DNA of 64,000 bases from an uncultured bacterium (GTDB lineage: Bacteria; Babelota; Babeliae; Babelales; Babelaceae), in NCBI GenBank assembly GCA_963722385.1, contig CAVRKK010000002.1, positions 1 to 64,000 on the forward strand, given 5' to 3'. The stretch's first letter is position 1. Each line of letters starts with the position of its first letter. The notes under the pieces were generated by a model. That model searched no databases. It was not told where the DNA came from and worked only from the letters and a program-made list of their open reading frames with translations. Both the position numbers and the translations under genes were made by a program. Below are positions 39,292 through 49,905 of the stretch, piece after piece.

Positions 39292-40346
39292 AAATCTACC
39301 CTAAATTTTGCTTTTTTATTCTTTTTTTGTAAAGCAAGATGAGAAAAAATTTTTTTAGGCTCAACTTGCTTGCTAGTGTTATTACGTGCGCGCGTCACTA
39401 GATTAAAATGATACAGGGCTTGTTGTTTTTGCGGCAAGCTCTGGCATAAACTTGGCTGTTCCAGCGAATAAATAATGGAAGGGAGCGCCTGAAAAAAGCG
39501 CTTTGTCACAAAGTCCCTGTGATGGAGACTGCGCCCGTTAAGTGTAATTTTAACCTGCGTTAGGCAAGGTGGCTTAATTGCACAGAATGTTCGACTAGGC
39601 AAGGCCCAGCTAGAATACCAGGGACTCTCTGGCGTACTTAACGAGTTACTCATATCCATCACTTGTACAAGATCAGCGGGGGTATAAAAATGGTAAACAC
39701 GCTTAAATATAGTTGAATTGATGTACTGCATCGTCGCTCCTTGCACCGGGCATGCTAGCATAATTAAACGATCAATAAAAAGCAAAGAATTATCGCCTTT
39801 CTCTTGAGCAATGTAGGCAAGATTGACCGCGACGTTGCCTCCATGACTGTAGCCTATCAGAGTTAGGTGGGCATCCTTATAACGAGGTTCTTGCCGCAAG
39901 GTAAAGATCGCGTCGTAAAGTCCACGAGCTGCCTGCTTGCGCTCATCCGCAGCTAACTTGCCCGACCAATCAAAAAAATATGTATGTTCTAGAGGAAAAT
40001 GAGCTGGCCACGTCTCGTGGAGGGCTTGAGCGAGATGTTTAAACTTGTGACCGTTTGCATGAGCAGACTTGAGCCCCTTGGGCTCAAGTGAGGTTTCGAG
40101 GCCATTAATTAGTGATAAATTCGTACCGTGTATAATGATGGTAAGCCGCTCAGCCCGTATTTGCTCCAGACCTTTCTGGATAAAAGCGTCAATATCAAAA
40201 ACTTCCCGTGTCGAGGAAGAAGCAGCATAAACACGTTGCCGCCTCAAACCCTTACGCGGGGAACATGCCACCAGCATTAATAAGGGCAACAAGATAAGGT
40301 AAAGATTTTTGACAATTAAACGGATTGGTTTCGGCATAATAATCAC
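39285..40346 (-). CDS. Alpha/beta hydrolase-fold lipoprotein; tandem paralog of 38401..39291
   Basis: LVAC lipobox, IHGT, WSG, GYSHGGN, DLVQ. Confidence 0.8.
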   Translation of the reverse strand: MIIMPKPIRLIVKNLYLILLPLLMLVACSPRKGLRRQRVYAASSSTREVFDIDAFIQKGLEQIRAERLTIIIHGTNLSLINGLETSLEPKGLKSAHANGHKFKHLAQALHETWPAHFPLEHTYFFDWSGKLAADERKQAARGLYDAIFTLRQEPRYKDAHLTLIGYSHGGNVAVNLAYIAQEKGDNSLLFIDRLIMLACPVQGATMQYINSTIFKRVYHFYTPADLVQVMDMSNSLSTPESPWYSSWALPSRTFCAIKPPCLTQVKITLNGRSLHHRDFVTKRFFQALPSIIYSLEQPSLCQSLPQKQQALYHFNLVTRARNNTSKQVEPKKIFSHLALQKKNKKAKFRVDLW

Positions 40347-40600
40347 AAAGTAAATTATTAAATGATAATTAATGATTATTACATCACAAAATTACTTTTT
40401 TGTAAATTTAAAATAGAATTGTGTTGGGGGCTTAGCTAACAGAATACAGCTTATTTGTGCTTGTGCTCATAGAGGCGACAAGAAAATTGTTCATAAAAAA
40501 CGCTTCTTTGCTATGCTTAAATTAATTGCTGAAGACTTTTACAATCTCAAAATAGGCAAGCCTGTGAGCTTTTAGCATTATTTATTGAGGGAAGTATTTA

Positions 40601-42382
40601 ATGAGATTAGTCAAATATGCCATAACAGCGACATCGGTGCTATCATGTATGATGGCTCCTCAGGCATTAGGTACTTACCGAGCAGTAAGCTATTCAAAAT
40701 CACCTGCTCAAACTGCTCAATGCGCAACATTACCCTTATGTCATGAGGGTCTCGATGTTTACCAATTAAGTAGTTCTTTTGCCAACGATAATCAAAGCGC
40801 ACATAATTTCACTGCATTAACGATGGATGAGACAACCAAGCCTCTCGCGCGAGGCCTGGGTTCTGTAGGGACGACGCAATACATTGTTGCAAGTGATAGC
40901 TTCATCAAAAGTTTTAATAAAAGCACCTGTCAACCAGATAATGCTCTTAGTTGCTCAGTCAATGCCTTTTTTGCTCCGCGCCTTTCGGGTCAGCATGCCC
41001 GAGAGCTTTGTCTCAAATATGACGCTTTCGCTCATCGCTGGATCATAGCAGCACTCTCTAATGATCACCTATTGCTTGCAATCAGCGATACTGAGACGCT
41101 AACGCACACTACCAACTGGGCATATTATTCCTATGCTCACCAAGACGATCGTCTCGCCCAAGGCCTCACCCTTGGTGTGGACAAGCATGCACTGTACTTG
41201 GGTGCTAATCTTTTAAAAAATGACAATAACCAGAGCGCATTTTCAGCAGGAGCCTATTACATCATACCAAAAAGTCCTTTGCTTGCTCGTGGCTCGTTGC
41301 AGGTGGCTTATTTTGAAGATCCTCGTGCTTATGGGCCACAGGGAGTTGATAACTTTGATCACGATACTTTGCAGGGATATTTTGTCAGCATACACGCTGG
41401 CTTGAATGACCAACTGGTTATTCAAGCGATTAACCATCCCGATAATACCCCCAGGCTTGGCGATGTGACCCTTATTCAAACGCTGCCCTTCGCGCAACCA
41501 ATCAACATTCCGCACAAAGCCACTCCTGAGCCTCCTCATCGCCTGGTAGGTCTTGACGCAAGCCTTTGCCCCAGTCATATAAGAAATCGGCGCCTTTTGA
41601 CAGCACATACAATCGCTATCAACCACCGGGGAATTGTAACACCCGATTCGGCGCTAACGCGTAATGGCTGTCGCTGGTATGAGATCGATCTCGAGAAAAA
41701 GTCGATTAAACAGGCGGGCCTCTTGCATGTCCCCTCCTTAACCGACCATCTTATGCAGCGCCATTATTTCGCTCCTGGGATTATGACCAATGGCACTCAC
41801 ACCCTCGCTATTGCCTGTAGCAGTGCGGGATATCAAAAATATATCGATGCTGCTTTTACTCAACGATTTTATTCTGATGCAGCAGGCTCACTACGCGTGC
41901 CGATACGTTATACAAGCAGCACTGAATCTTATACTACCCAATCAATAGCACCGTGGCCGCCATTTTCCTCGGTAAGTATTGATCCTGCGGATGATATGAC
42001 CATGTGGGCTCTTGCTGGATTTTGCGATAAAACCGGCTCCTTTGCACTACGTGCGCTTAAGGTTGCAGCGCAACCGCCACCAATGCCCAATCTCGCCGTA
42101 CCAAGCGTTATCAAGCGGCGAGGGCGAGGCATCGTTGAAATGCGTATCTACGCAAATAAGCTCGCTGGTGAATTCTACCACCAATTGACGGGCAAGAGCT
42201 CCCACAAGCTCAAGGTAAGTATCGGTGGCGCCATTGAGGTGCTTGACGCTAAATATGCAAGCCCTCATAGCTTAACGGTGCGTATCACAACACGCAGAGC
42301 ACGTAAGGGTAGCTATAGAATTACTATAACCAACCCCGATGGTCAAAGTGTAACAAGTAATCCTCTTATAACAATAATTTAA
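40601..42382 (+). CDS. Secreted beta-rich hypothetical protein; paralog of 400..2262
   Basis: Shared YDxFxxRW, LAxSDT, ALYxGxN, PQGVxN, DPxxDMTxW and ITIxNPD motifs. Confidence 0.75.
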   Translation: MRLVKYAITATSVLSCMMAPQALGTYRAVSYSKSPAQTAQCATLPLCHEGLDVYQLSSSFANDNQSAHNFTALTMDETTKPLARGLGSVGTTQYIVASDSFIKSFNKSTCQPDNALSCSVNAFFAPRLSGQHARELCLKYDAFAHRWIIAALSNDHLLLAISDTETLTHTTNWAYYSYAHQDDRLAQGLTLGVDKHALYLGANLLKNDNNQSAFSAGAYYIIPKSPLLARGSLQVAYFEDPRAYGPQGVDNFDHDTLQGYFVSIHAGLNDQLVIQAINHPDNTPRLGDVTLIQTLPFAQPINIPHKATPEPPHRLVGLDASLCPSHIRNRRLLTAHTIAINHRGIVTPDSALTRNGCRWYEIDLEKKSIKQAGLLHVPSLTDHLMQRHYFAPGIMTNGTHTLAIACSSAGYQKYIDAAFTQRFYSDAAGSLRVPIRYTSSTESYTTQSIAPWPPFSSVSIDPADDMTMWALAGFCDKTGSFALRALKVAAQPPPMPNLAVPSVIKRRGRGIVEMRIYANKLAGEFYHQLTGKSSHKLKVSIGGAIEVLDAKYASPHSLTVRITTRRARKGSYRITITNPDGQSVTSNPLITII

Positions 42383-42395
42383 TGATAACATACCT

Positions 42396-43046
42396 ATGAA
42401 ACTTTCACCCCAAGAACTCTGGTTAGATTTTGCGCAACGCTTAAAGCTTAATGATCAACAGCTTGGGCAATTTCAAACCTATTATGAGCTCCTCATCAAA
42501 ACCAATCAGCTTTTTAACATAACCGCAATTACTGACCTTAGATCGTTTATCGCCTACCATTTCGAAGATTCGCTTGTAGCTCAGAATTTGATTGACATAG
42601 GCAAGCTGGACTGTATTGCTGATATTGGTTCAGGTGGCGGGTTTCCTGGTGTCCCCATCAAAATTATGTATCCGCATTTAGTGCTCATACTTATTGAAGT
42701 TTCCCACAAAAAAATTCAATTTTTGAACGAACTCTGCTCAGCACTTGAGTTGCAGGATGTTGAGCTTATTGCGTACGACTGGCGTACTTTTTTACGCAAA
42801 ACCGCTTACGATATCGATCTTTTTTGCGCTCGTGCTTCATTATCGCTCGATGAGCTTATTCGTATGTTTAAACCTTCCTGTCCCTATAGAAATCAGCAAC
42901 TTTTATATTGGGCGTCAGAAAGCTGGGCTCCCGATGAGCATATTGCTGCCTTTATAAAAAATGAGTATGCTTATAAAATTCGGCATAAAAAGCGTAGGCT
43001 GGTTCTCTTAAGCCGGCCTGGCAAAAATGGTGAAACAGCGCAGTGA
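42396..43046 (+). CDS. rsmG: 16S rRNA m7G527 methyltransferase RsmG (GidB)
   Basis: NITAI, HFEDSL, DIGSGGGFPGVP, KKIQFL, ARA. Confidence 0.92.
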   Translation: MKLSPQELWLDFAQRLKLNDQQLGQFQTYYELLIKTNQLFNITAITDLRSFIAYHFEDSLVAQNLIDIGKLDCIADIGSGGGFPGVPIKIMYPHLVLILIEVSHKKIQFLNELCSALELQDVELIAYDWRTFLRKTAYDIDLFCARASLSLDELIRMFKPSCPYRNQQLLYWASESWAPDEHIAAFIKNEYAYKIRHKKRRLVLLSRPGKNGETAQ

Positions 43047-43144
43047 ATTAGTTGCTGACTCTGGTATACTATTTATGACTGTCCACGCTGCCTAGTCTAG
43101 GCAACAACCTCGCCAAGGCACCTAAAGAAATTAACGAAAGCCAG

Positions 43145-44527
43145 ATGATGAAAGCACAACTCCCCGCTTCGCATGGAGAAAACTACCGCCGAATCTTAGG
43201 GTATTTCTTTCCTGAGCTCATCACCGCCTTGGTAAGCTATTCTCTTTTAACGCTTGTTGATGCCAAGCTTATTGCTGACCTTAAGGAGACAGCAATGTAC
43301 GCGACCTTGGGAGTAACGGGAACGCTCACTCACTTTGTGACCAAAATAGCCGAAGGAATTTCGGTGGGAACGATTGTGTTGTGTGGCCAATATAACGGGC
43401 AGAAAAATTTCAAGGCCGTTGGTATTGCGGCAATGAGCTCACTCTGGATAACGGTAGCTATTGGTGGCTGTATCAGCCTTGCACTATATTGGGGTGCTCC
43501 TTGGATTTATGCATGGTATGGGGTTTCGCCAAGCATGGCTGAGCTCGGCATTCCCTTCTTGCGGCTACGCGCCATCGGCATTTTTTTTATGTTTCTTTAT
43601 TTTTCCTTTATCGGCTTCTTGCGCGGCATCAAAAATACGCGCGTTCCCATGGTATTGTTTGTTATTGGTGCGGGATTCTTTATATTTTTTGACTGGGTAC
43701 TCATTAAAGGGCGCCTGGGCTTTCCCGCGCTTGCGCTTAAAGGTTCGGCAATTGCATTTGTTATTCAGCAGGCCGTTATGTGCTTGGGCGCGTTGCTTTA
43801 CCTGCTCTTTAATAAAGAAGTAAGAACCTATAGCATGGATATTCTCCGCTCATTCCGCCGTGGCGCTGCTCGAGAAATTTTTACGCTCAGTTGGCCAGTA
43901 ATGCTTGACAAGGCAACATTGGCCTGGGCAAAAATATGGCTTGTACCCATGATTGCACCAGCCGGAGACTATGCGCTTGCGAGCTTTTCAGTGCTTAAAG
44001 ATATTGAGCAATTTGCTTTTGTTCCCGCTATCGCTTTTGGACAAGTCATTACCTTATTAGTAAGCAATGACGTAGGCGCTGGTAATTGGCAGGGCGTTAA
44101 GCAAGATATTAAAAAGGTACTCATTTTATCGGTCGGGACCGTCTCGATTATTCTGCTGCTATTTTCTTTGAACGCGCACACCTTGATAGCTACTTTTGAT
44201 CCAGAAGGCCATTTTGTTGATTTTGCCGCCCGCGCCCTCCCCGTCATTAGTGCGCTTGCGCTTTTGGATCTTCTCCAGCTCATATTATCGGCTGCACTTC
44301 GAGGTGCTGGCGACGTCAAAACGGTTATGCTCGTACGTGTATTAGCCTGCTTCTTATTCTTTGCCCCGCTTTCTTCGCTATTTTCTCGATTTACCTTTGA
44401 TAGCGATCTCGTCAAATTTATCTTAATTTACGGGTCTTTTTATTTTAATGATGGTATTATGAGCTTAATATACGTAAAGCGACTGAGCGGTAAAAAATGG
44501 TATCACCGTATTACAGCGTCTCGCTAA
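43145..44527 (+). CDS. MATE family efflux transporter
   Basis: About 12 TMs, FLRGIKNTRVPM, ALRGAGDVK. Confidence 0.9.
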   Translation: MMKAQLPASHGENYRRILGYFFPELITALVSYSLLTLVDAKLIADLKETAMYATLGVTGTLTHFVTKIAEGISVGTIVLCGQYNGQKNFKAVGIAAMSSLWITVAIGGCISLALYWGAPWIYAWYGVSPSMAELGIPFLRLRAIGIFFMFLYFSFIGFLRGIKNTRVPMVLFVIGAGFFIFFDWVLIKGRLGFPALALKGSAIAFVIQQAVMCLGALLYLLFNKEVRTYSMDILRSFRRGAAREIFTLSWPVMLDKATLAWAKIWLVPMIAPAGDYALASFSVLKDIEQFAFVPAIAFGQVITLLVSNDVGAGNWQGVKQDIKKVLILSVGTVSIILLLFSLNAHTLIATFDPEGHFVDFAARALPVISALALLDLLQLILSAALRGAGDVKTVMLVRVLACFLFFAPLSSLFSRFTFDSDLVKFILIYGSFYFNDGIMSLIYVKRLSGKKWYHRITASR

Positions 44528-44540
44528 ATTGAGGAACATT

Positions 44541-44831
44541 ATGGCAATCATAACCACTGATGATGTACGCAAGTTAGCAAAAATATCGGCGATTCATATC
44601 GAGGAAAGTGAGCTTGAAAATCTCACTGAGCAATTAGGCGCTGTTTTAACCTATGCGTCATCGCTCAAAGATGCAGCACGTACTGTTTCTCCTAAAACAG
44701 CTTTATTGAGCGCCGTTAATATAACGCGCGAGGATATCCCTCAACCGTATAACACTACATTACTGCTTGAGCAAGCTCCCCAACGCGAGGGAGACTTTTT
44801 CGTCGTGCCCGTCATTGTTAAGCAGCATTAG
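44541..44831 (+). CDS. gatC: Asp/Glu-tRNA amidotransferase subunit C
   Basis: DVRKLAKIS...TRED...APQREGDFFVVP. Confidence 0.9.
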   Translation: MAIITTDDVRKLAKISAIHIEESELENLTEQLGAVLTYASSLKDAARTVSPKTALLSAVNITREDIPQPYNTTLLLEQAPQREGDFFVVPVIVKQH

Positions 44832-44845
44832 GTTTAGAGAGTGCC

Positions 44846-46285
44846 ATGAATAAATTAGCATTTGCTTCTATAAAGACGTTATCTGATAAGCTTGCCCGTA
44901 AGGAATTTTCAGCAGAGGAGCTGTTTGAATTTTTTATAAGCCGTTTTCGAACCTATGACCAAAAAATAGGTAGCGCTCTCGAGATTTTTGATAAAACCGG
45001 GCTTATTAACGAGCTGCCTCAAAAATCCACTCATAGGCTCTGGGGAATTCCCGGCATTGTAAAAGACAATATTTGTCAACGCAATCGGATTACGTCATGC
45101 GCATCAAAAATTTTAGCACAATATCGCGCTCCTTATGATGCAACAGCTGTCAGTCGCCTAAAGATTGCAGGCGCATTAAGCCTTGGCCGTGCCAACTGCG
45201 ACGAGTTTGCTATGGGCAGCTCGGGAGAAACATCTGCTTTTGGCAAAACCAGCAATCCATGGGATACTTCGCGTGTTCCTGGCGGGTCAAGCAGTGGGCC
45301 AGCAGCTGCCGTAGCTGCTGGATTTGTCCCATGGTCATTGGGTTCAGAAACAGGCGGTTCGGTGCGGCAACCGGCATCTTTATGTGGTATCGTCGGCATG
45401 AAGCCGACATATGGGCTCGTATCTCGCTATGGCTTAGTCGCTTACGCTTCATCAATAGATCAGGTAGGAACACTAACGCGCACCGTCTACGATAATGCGC
45501 TCGTGCTTTCGTGCATCGCTGGCAAAGATCCTCAAGACTCGACTTCGCGAGGTAAGCAACAAGACTATACCAAATCACTTACGGGCATGCTTAAGCCTAG
45601 TCTTAAAATTGGCATTATTGAGAATGCATATAACATTGAGGGTATTGATCCTGAAGTTCGCTTGCTGCTCCAGGGCGCTCTTGACCAATATCAACAGCTC
45701 GGGGCTGAGCTTGTATCTCTCAAGCTACCTTTGATGGACCTTGGCGCCGCTATCTATTTTATGGTCAGCCGTGCGGAAGCGGCATCCAATCTTGCTCGTT
45801 TTGACGGTGTACGTTATGGTTTTCGTGCTCAAGATGTTCAGGATCTCACGGATATGTATGCTTATACACGAGCTCAAGGATTTGGCAACGTTGTTAAACA
45901 ACGCATTTTAATCGGTAATTATGTTTTATCTGCCGGCCACGCCGAAGAATATTACAATAGCGCCAAAAAAGTGCAGTCGCTCTTGCGAGCCCAGTTTCTT
46001 GAGGCACTTAAATCGGTCGACGTTCTCTTTGCACCCGTTTCTCCCGCGCCAGCCTTTCAGTTTAATCAGGTTAAAGGCCTGGAACTCGATTTACAAGATT
46101 ACTTTACTGCTCCTGCCAATTTGGTTGGGATACCGGCGCTTGCGGTTCCCTGCGGCTTTACCCGTGCTGGATTACCGGTAGGATTCCAATTGTTTGGTGC
46201 AGATTTTACGGAAGAATTATTATACCAGACGGGCTATGCTTATGAACAAAATACTGATTGGCATCGCCGCTATCCTACGCTTTAA
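44846..46285 (+). CDS. gatA: Asp/Glu-tRNA amidotransferase subunit A
   Basis: KDNI, DEFAMGS, PGGSSSG, GSETGGSVRQP, SNLARFDGVRYG. Confidence 0.96.
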   Translation: MNKLAFASIKTLSDKLARKEFSAEELFEFFISRFRTYDQKIGSALEIFDKTGLINELPQKSTHRLWGIPGIVKDNICQRNRITSCASKILAQYRAPYDATAVSRLKIAGALSLGRANCDEFAMGSSGETSAFGKTSNPWDTSRVPGGSSSGPAAAVAAGFVPWSLGSETGGSVRQPASLCGIVGMKPTYGLVSRYGLVAYASSIDQVGTLTRTVYDNALVLSCIAGKDPQDSTSRGKQQDYTKSLTGMLKPSLKIGIIENAYNIEGIDPEVRLLLQGALDQYQQLGAELVSLKLPLMDLGAAIYFMVSRAEAASNLARFDGVRYGFRAQDVQDLTDMYAYTRAQGFGNVVKQRILIGNYVLSAGHAEEYYNSAKKVQSLLRAQFLEALKSVDVLFAPVSPAPAFQFNQVKGLELDLQDYFTAPANLVGIPALAVPCGFTRAGLPVGFQLFGADFTEELLYQTGYAYEQNTDWHRRYPTL

Positions 46286-46353
46286 CATCCAAAAAGTTGG
46301 TGAATGCGAACCAATTTGCTATAGTTGAGAAAGTACTTGGAGAAACGTCGTTC

Positions 46354-47208
46354 ATGAAGAATATAATAGCTCGAGTCTTATGCGTACTATTTATCATTTC
46401 ATTCCTCTATGCTACGCCACGGCTGATCAAAGCGCGATTTTCTCGTCTTGACTCGTGTGTTTCACTCCTTGCTTATCCTTTTCTTCTTATGCAGCATACG
46501 ATCTCGCCTTTTATCTACAACAAGCTATCACAAGGATTAGCACCTAATGAGCTCACCGAGAAATATACCCGCTTGCTGCATGAACGAGAAGAATTAATAA
46601 AACAAGCTATCGAATTTGCGACCCTGCAAGATCGGTTGCAAGGAGTTCAAGAACTACAGGACTTCAAAAAGCGATATAGTACGTCCTTCTATGTTATGTC
46701 GGATGTAATATTAAGAAATTTTTCGCCCCAGGAGCACTTTTTTCTCGTGGATGCTGGATCCAACCGCTCGATAGAGAAGGATATGGTTGCCGTCTATAAA
46801 AATTGCCTTATTGGCCGGGTAACCCAGGTATACCCTTATTATAGTCGAATTACCTTAATTACTGATCCTCGCTGCAAAATATCCGCTTTCTGCCCTCGGA
46901 CGCATTTCCAGGGGATTCACCAAGGTTCCGCTCGACTCAACCTAACGCAAGTAACCGCAGCTGGTGATAACGAACTCAAAAAAGGGGACCTTATCGTATC
47001 AAGCGGCGAGGGCTTGGTATTTCCCAAAGGGTTTGGTCTTGGTAAAGTTTGCGAGATTGAGCGAGAAAATTTTAACTATATAGTAACACTTAATCCTTTG
47101 ATCGATCTGCAAAAGATTCCCTATTGTTTGTTAGTGGCCAAAGGTGCCGAATATAAGCATGCTGCACCTACGATTGCAGATGATATCCTGCTATCAGTTC
47201 CAGAATAA
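46354..47208 (+). CDS. mreC: Rod shape-determining protein MreC
   Basis: TM, coiled coil, LIGRV, LITD, GDLIVSSG, FPKG. Confidence 0.9.
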   Translation: MKNIIARVLCVLFIISFLYATPRLIKARFSRLDSCVSLLAYPFLLMQHTISPFIYNKLSQGLAPNELTEKYTRLLHEREELIKQAIEFATLQDRLQGVQELQDFKKRYSTSFYVMSDVILRNFSPQEHFFLVDAGSNRSIEKDMVAVYKNCLIGRVTQVYPYYSRITLITDPRCKISAFCPRTHFQGIHQGSARLNLTQVTAAGDNELKKGDLIVSSGEGLVFPKGFGLGKVCEIERENFNYIVTLNPLIDLQKIPYCLLVAKGAEYKHAAPTIADDILLSVPE

Positions 47209-48085
47209 CATGGGCAATCTGGCGTATGATTCCTTGGGTAGACGCATGCATTTCAGACTCAGCTGACTCGCCCGTCCCAAAAAGTCGCATAACTATGCTT
47301 GGGGTTGGGGAAGTAATCCATACGATTTCCCCTTCGATAGGGGCCTTCGCTCGTAGAGCACGCACCAATGCAGCTTGAGCGCCAACGCTATCAATAAGTC
47401 CGAGCTGAAGGGCTTGATGGCCAGTAAATGTCTTACCATCGGCCCACTTTTTCGGATCAAGGGCAGCCAGCTTTGGCCGGCGTTGGGCAACATCACGAAT
47501 AAATTGTGCATAGGTATCGTCGGTCAGCGACTGAAACATAGCTCGCTGCTCGGGCGTAAGGTCCTTAAAGAAAAGAGCGCCGCCTTTGAAAGTTCCTGTT
47601 TCAATAGCCGTGTATTTAATCTTAAGCTGCTCCATAAGGTCTTGGAAGTTAGGATAGGCAATGACAGCACCGATATTACCCACCAGGGTGGCTGGCTGCG
47701 TGACTATGTGGTCTGCAGCACATGCTACATAATAAGCTGCTGACGCACAGACATTTTCGCTATACGCAATTACCGACTTAACATGCTCTTGCTTGAGATC
47801 ATTAATTTCCTGAAAAAGCGCCTGCCCGGCACCCGATGTGCCGCCTGGAGAATCAATTTTTAACACAATAGCTTTAATTTCTGGATCTTTGAACAGTTTT
47901 CTTAATTGGCGAGCATAAGGCTCTGACTCCGAGATGGTTCCTTTAATAGAAACGACACCAATCTTAGTCTTTAATTCGGTTGCGTCAGTGTAATACTTTC
48001 GTAAAGTTTTAAGAAAAGGAGGAAAAATTTGAACTAAAAGAACAATCAAAAAGATATTTTTAAGATAACTTGAGAAACTGGCCAT
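47168..48085 (-). CDS. sppA: Signal peptide peptidase SppA (S49)
   Basis: IDSPGG, CASAAYYVA, GNIG, FTGHQALQLGLID. Confidence 0.93.
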   Translation of the reverse strand: MASFSSYLKNIFLIVLLVQIFPPFLKTLRKYYTDATELKTKIGVVSIKGTISESEPYARQLRKLFKDPEIKAIVLKIDSPGGTSGAGQALFQEINDLKQEHVKSVIAYSENVCASAAYYVACAADHIVTQPATLVGNIGAVIAYPNFQDLMEQLKIKYTAIETGTFKGGALFFKDLTPEQRAMFQSLTDDTYAQFIRDVAQRRPKLAALDPKKWADGKTFTGHQALQLGLIDSVGAQAALVRALRAKAPIEGEIVWITSPTPSIVMRLFGTGESAESEMHASTQGIIRQIAHVILELIAGYHLQS

Positions 48086-48151
48086 GCCTACCCCTTCTTT
48101 TCATTAGTATCAAAATCGTATATAGTATACCTTTTTTGGCCGAGATTTTCT

Positions 48152-48180
48152 TTGACATTTTTTACTAGTTTAACTAGACT
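48152..48180 (+). promoter_or_regulatory. Sigma70-type promoter of the tRNA cluster
   Basis: TTGACA-17 bp-TAGACT upstream of tRNA-Val. Confidence 0.65.
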
Positions 48181-48225
48181 GTAACAGTAAATAAAGGTTT
48201 TTATGGGCGGCATATTCCGTTGTCT

Positions 48226-48301
48226 GGGCGGTTAGCTCAGCTGGTAGAGCATCAGTCTTACAAACTGGGGGTCGTAGGTTCGAGTCCTACACCGCCCACC
48301 A
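48226..48301 (+). tRNA. tRNA-Val(TAC)
   Basis: Cloverleaf, loop CTTACAA, CCA end. Confidence 0.95.
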
Positions 48302-48315
48302 GAATCCAGACGTTT

Positions 48316-48390
48316 TCCCCGGTAGCTCAGTGGTAGAGCGCCCGACTGTTAATCGGTAGGTCGCTGGTTCGAACCCAGCCCGGGGAGCCA
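48316..48390 (+). tRNA. tRNA-Asn(GTT)
   Basis: Cloverleaf, loop CTGTTAA, GCCA end. Confidence 0.95.
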
Positions 48391-48449
48391 CTTAGATAGT
48401 TTGACATAAAGCTTCAAGTTGGGAAAAGGCTTGCCAGAAGAATCTAGAA

Positions 48450-48527
48450 GGGGCTATAGCTCAGTTTGGTTAGAGCGTCCGCCTGTCACGCGGAAGGTCG
48501 CGAGTTCAAGTCTCGTTAGCCCCGCCA
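48450..48527 (+). tRNA. tRNA-Asp(GTC)
   Basis: Cloverleaf, loop CTGTCAC, GCCA end. Confidence 0.95.
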
Positions 48528-48868
48528 GCTTTCGCCAAGGCTGTCGACTCCGCCATGGTATTGTCCTAGAGCAATTCCTTGTTCTAGTAAGGCTACAATG
48601 GCCGGATCAGCTGGTACTTAAAATCAGGATCCGGTTGGACATTTGCTTTCAGGAGATTTTGGCATGGGTTGAACGTTGAGCACATAATAGCTTTAATAAT
48701 GTAGCGCTTTGTTGATAGTTTAGAAGTTGAGGGAACTTTCTAATCGACAATTTTTATGCTTATTGAGTTGTTATGGCAAACCTTAACATTCTTCATCGAC
48801 ATTGCCATTCCGGAATGATATCATAATGTGTCAATTAGCAATTTAACTTTTTTCACTCAGGTGTTTTC

Positions 48869-49627
48869 ATGAAATACGCTTTAAAAATATTTTGTATGAG
48901 CATTTTTTTTATGCATTTCCTGCAAGCGACGATCAACGGTGACACGTTAAATGCGGAAAGTATAAAGGCCCGTGTCATGTCTGAAAGAAATCTTAGGGCA
49001 GCTTCGCCCGCAATAGAAACTATGGCTCAAAAAGCCTTAGACGATTGCGGGATTACTGAGAATGTTATAATTTTAGAGAGCGATGAAAATGGGGGGAAAG
49101 TTGCCTATAGTTTCAGGCGAGATGAGCAAGCATTTTTCGTATTCGCATCTGAGTCAGAGCACAATCAAGCCATAAAGGTCTTTGCAGCTTATCATGAATC
49201 GGGTCATCTTTATCATGATCATGCTAGACAAAACACTATTCTTCCAAATATGCTATCCGCAATTTTGGCCATATCAGCAAGCTATTTGTTTTGTAAGTCC
49301 TGTGCTAATTTTAAAGAAGGAAAATCATTAGTTGGTTGGGCTTATCAAATGGGAATATTATTTCTATGTGGCATGTTAAATTTCCCTGCGCAAGTTATTC
49401 ATAAAATGCGCCAAGAAAGAGAGGCAGATTTATTTGCTTGCCAACAACTTGTGAAAAATCGTAAATCCGATATTATACTTGCTATGATAAACGACTTTGA
49501 AGCTCAAAACGTATTACCTAATTTTGTCGTTAAGGCAATTGCCTTGATTATGGGTATCCCACATTCTACCCCAATGGAGTCTTTAGAGCTTTTGAAAGGT
49601 TGCTTAAATAAAGATAATTTAGAATAA
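48869..49627 (+). CDS. M48-like zinc metallopeptidase domain protein
   Basis: Signal peptide, YHESGH (HExxH), QEREADLFA. Confidence 0.75.
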   Translation: MKYALKIFCMSIFFMHFLQATINGDTLNAESIKARVMSERNLRAASPAIETMAQKALDDCGITENVIILESDENGGKVAYSFRRDEQAFFVFASESEHNQAIKVFAAYHESGHLYHDHARQNTILPNMLSAILAISASYLFCKSCANFKEGKSLVGWAYQMGILFLCGMLNFPAQVIHKMRQEREADLFACQQLVKNRKSDIILAMINDFEAQNVLPNFVVKAIALIMGIPHSTPMESLELLKGCLNKDNLE

Positions 49628-49905
49628 TCAATAGGTATATTCGTTTTCAAACTTTGAATTCTACTAATTTTCATTTACGACTATAATCTCTCTTTTTCTG
49701 AACGCATCAAGAAGATATAGCCAGTCGCTGGCGACTCCGCCATAGCAGTAGTAGCCAGACGAGATCAGTTGGTGCGCAAACATTCTGATAATACAATCAA
49801 TATAGGGCTAAAGCTTGAGCGCTAGAAGTAGCTATAAAAGGCGCAGGAGACAATTGTTACGATTTCTTGCAAAATACCATAAGCTAGAATCTAGTAGGTA
49901 AATCT

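Noticed and set aside
44541..46285. gatCA without adjacent gatB; tolQRAB without adjacent pal
   Set aside because: Split operons are common, and absence from this window says nothing about the genome.
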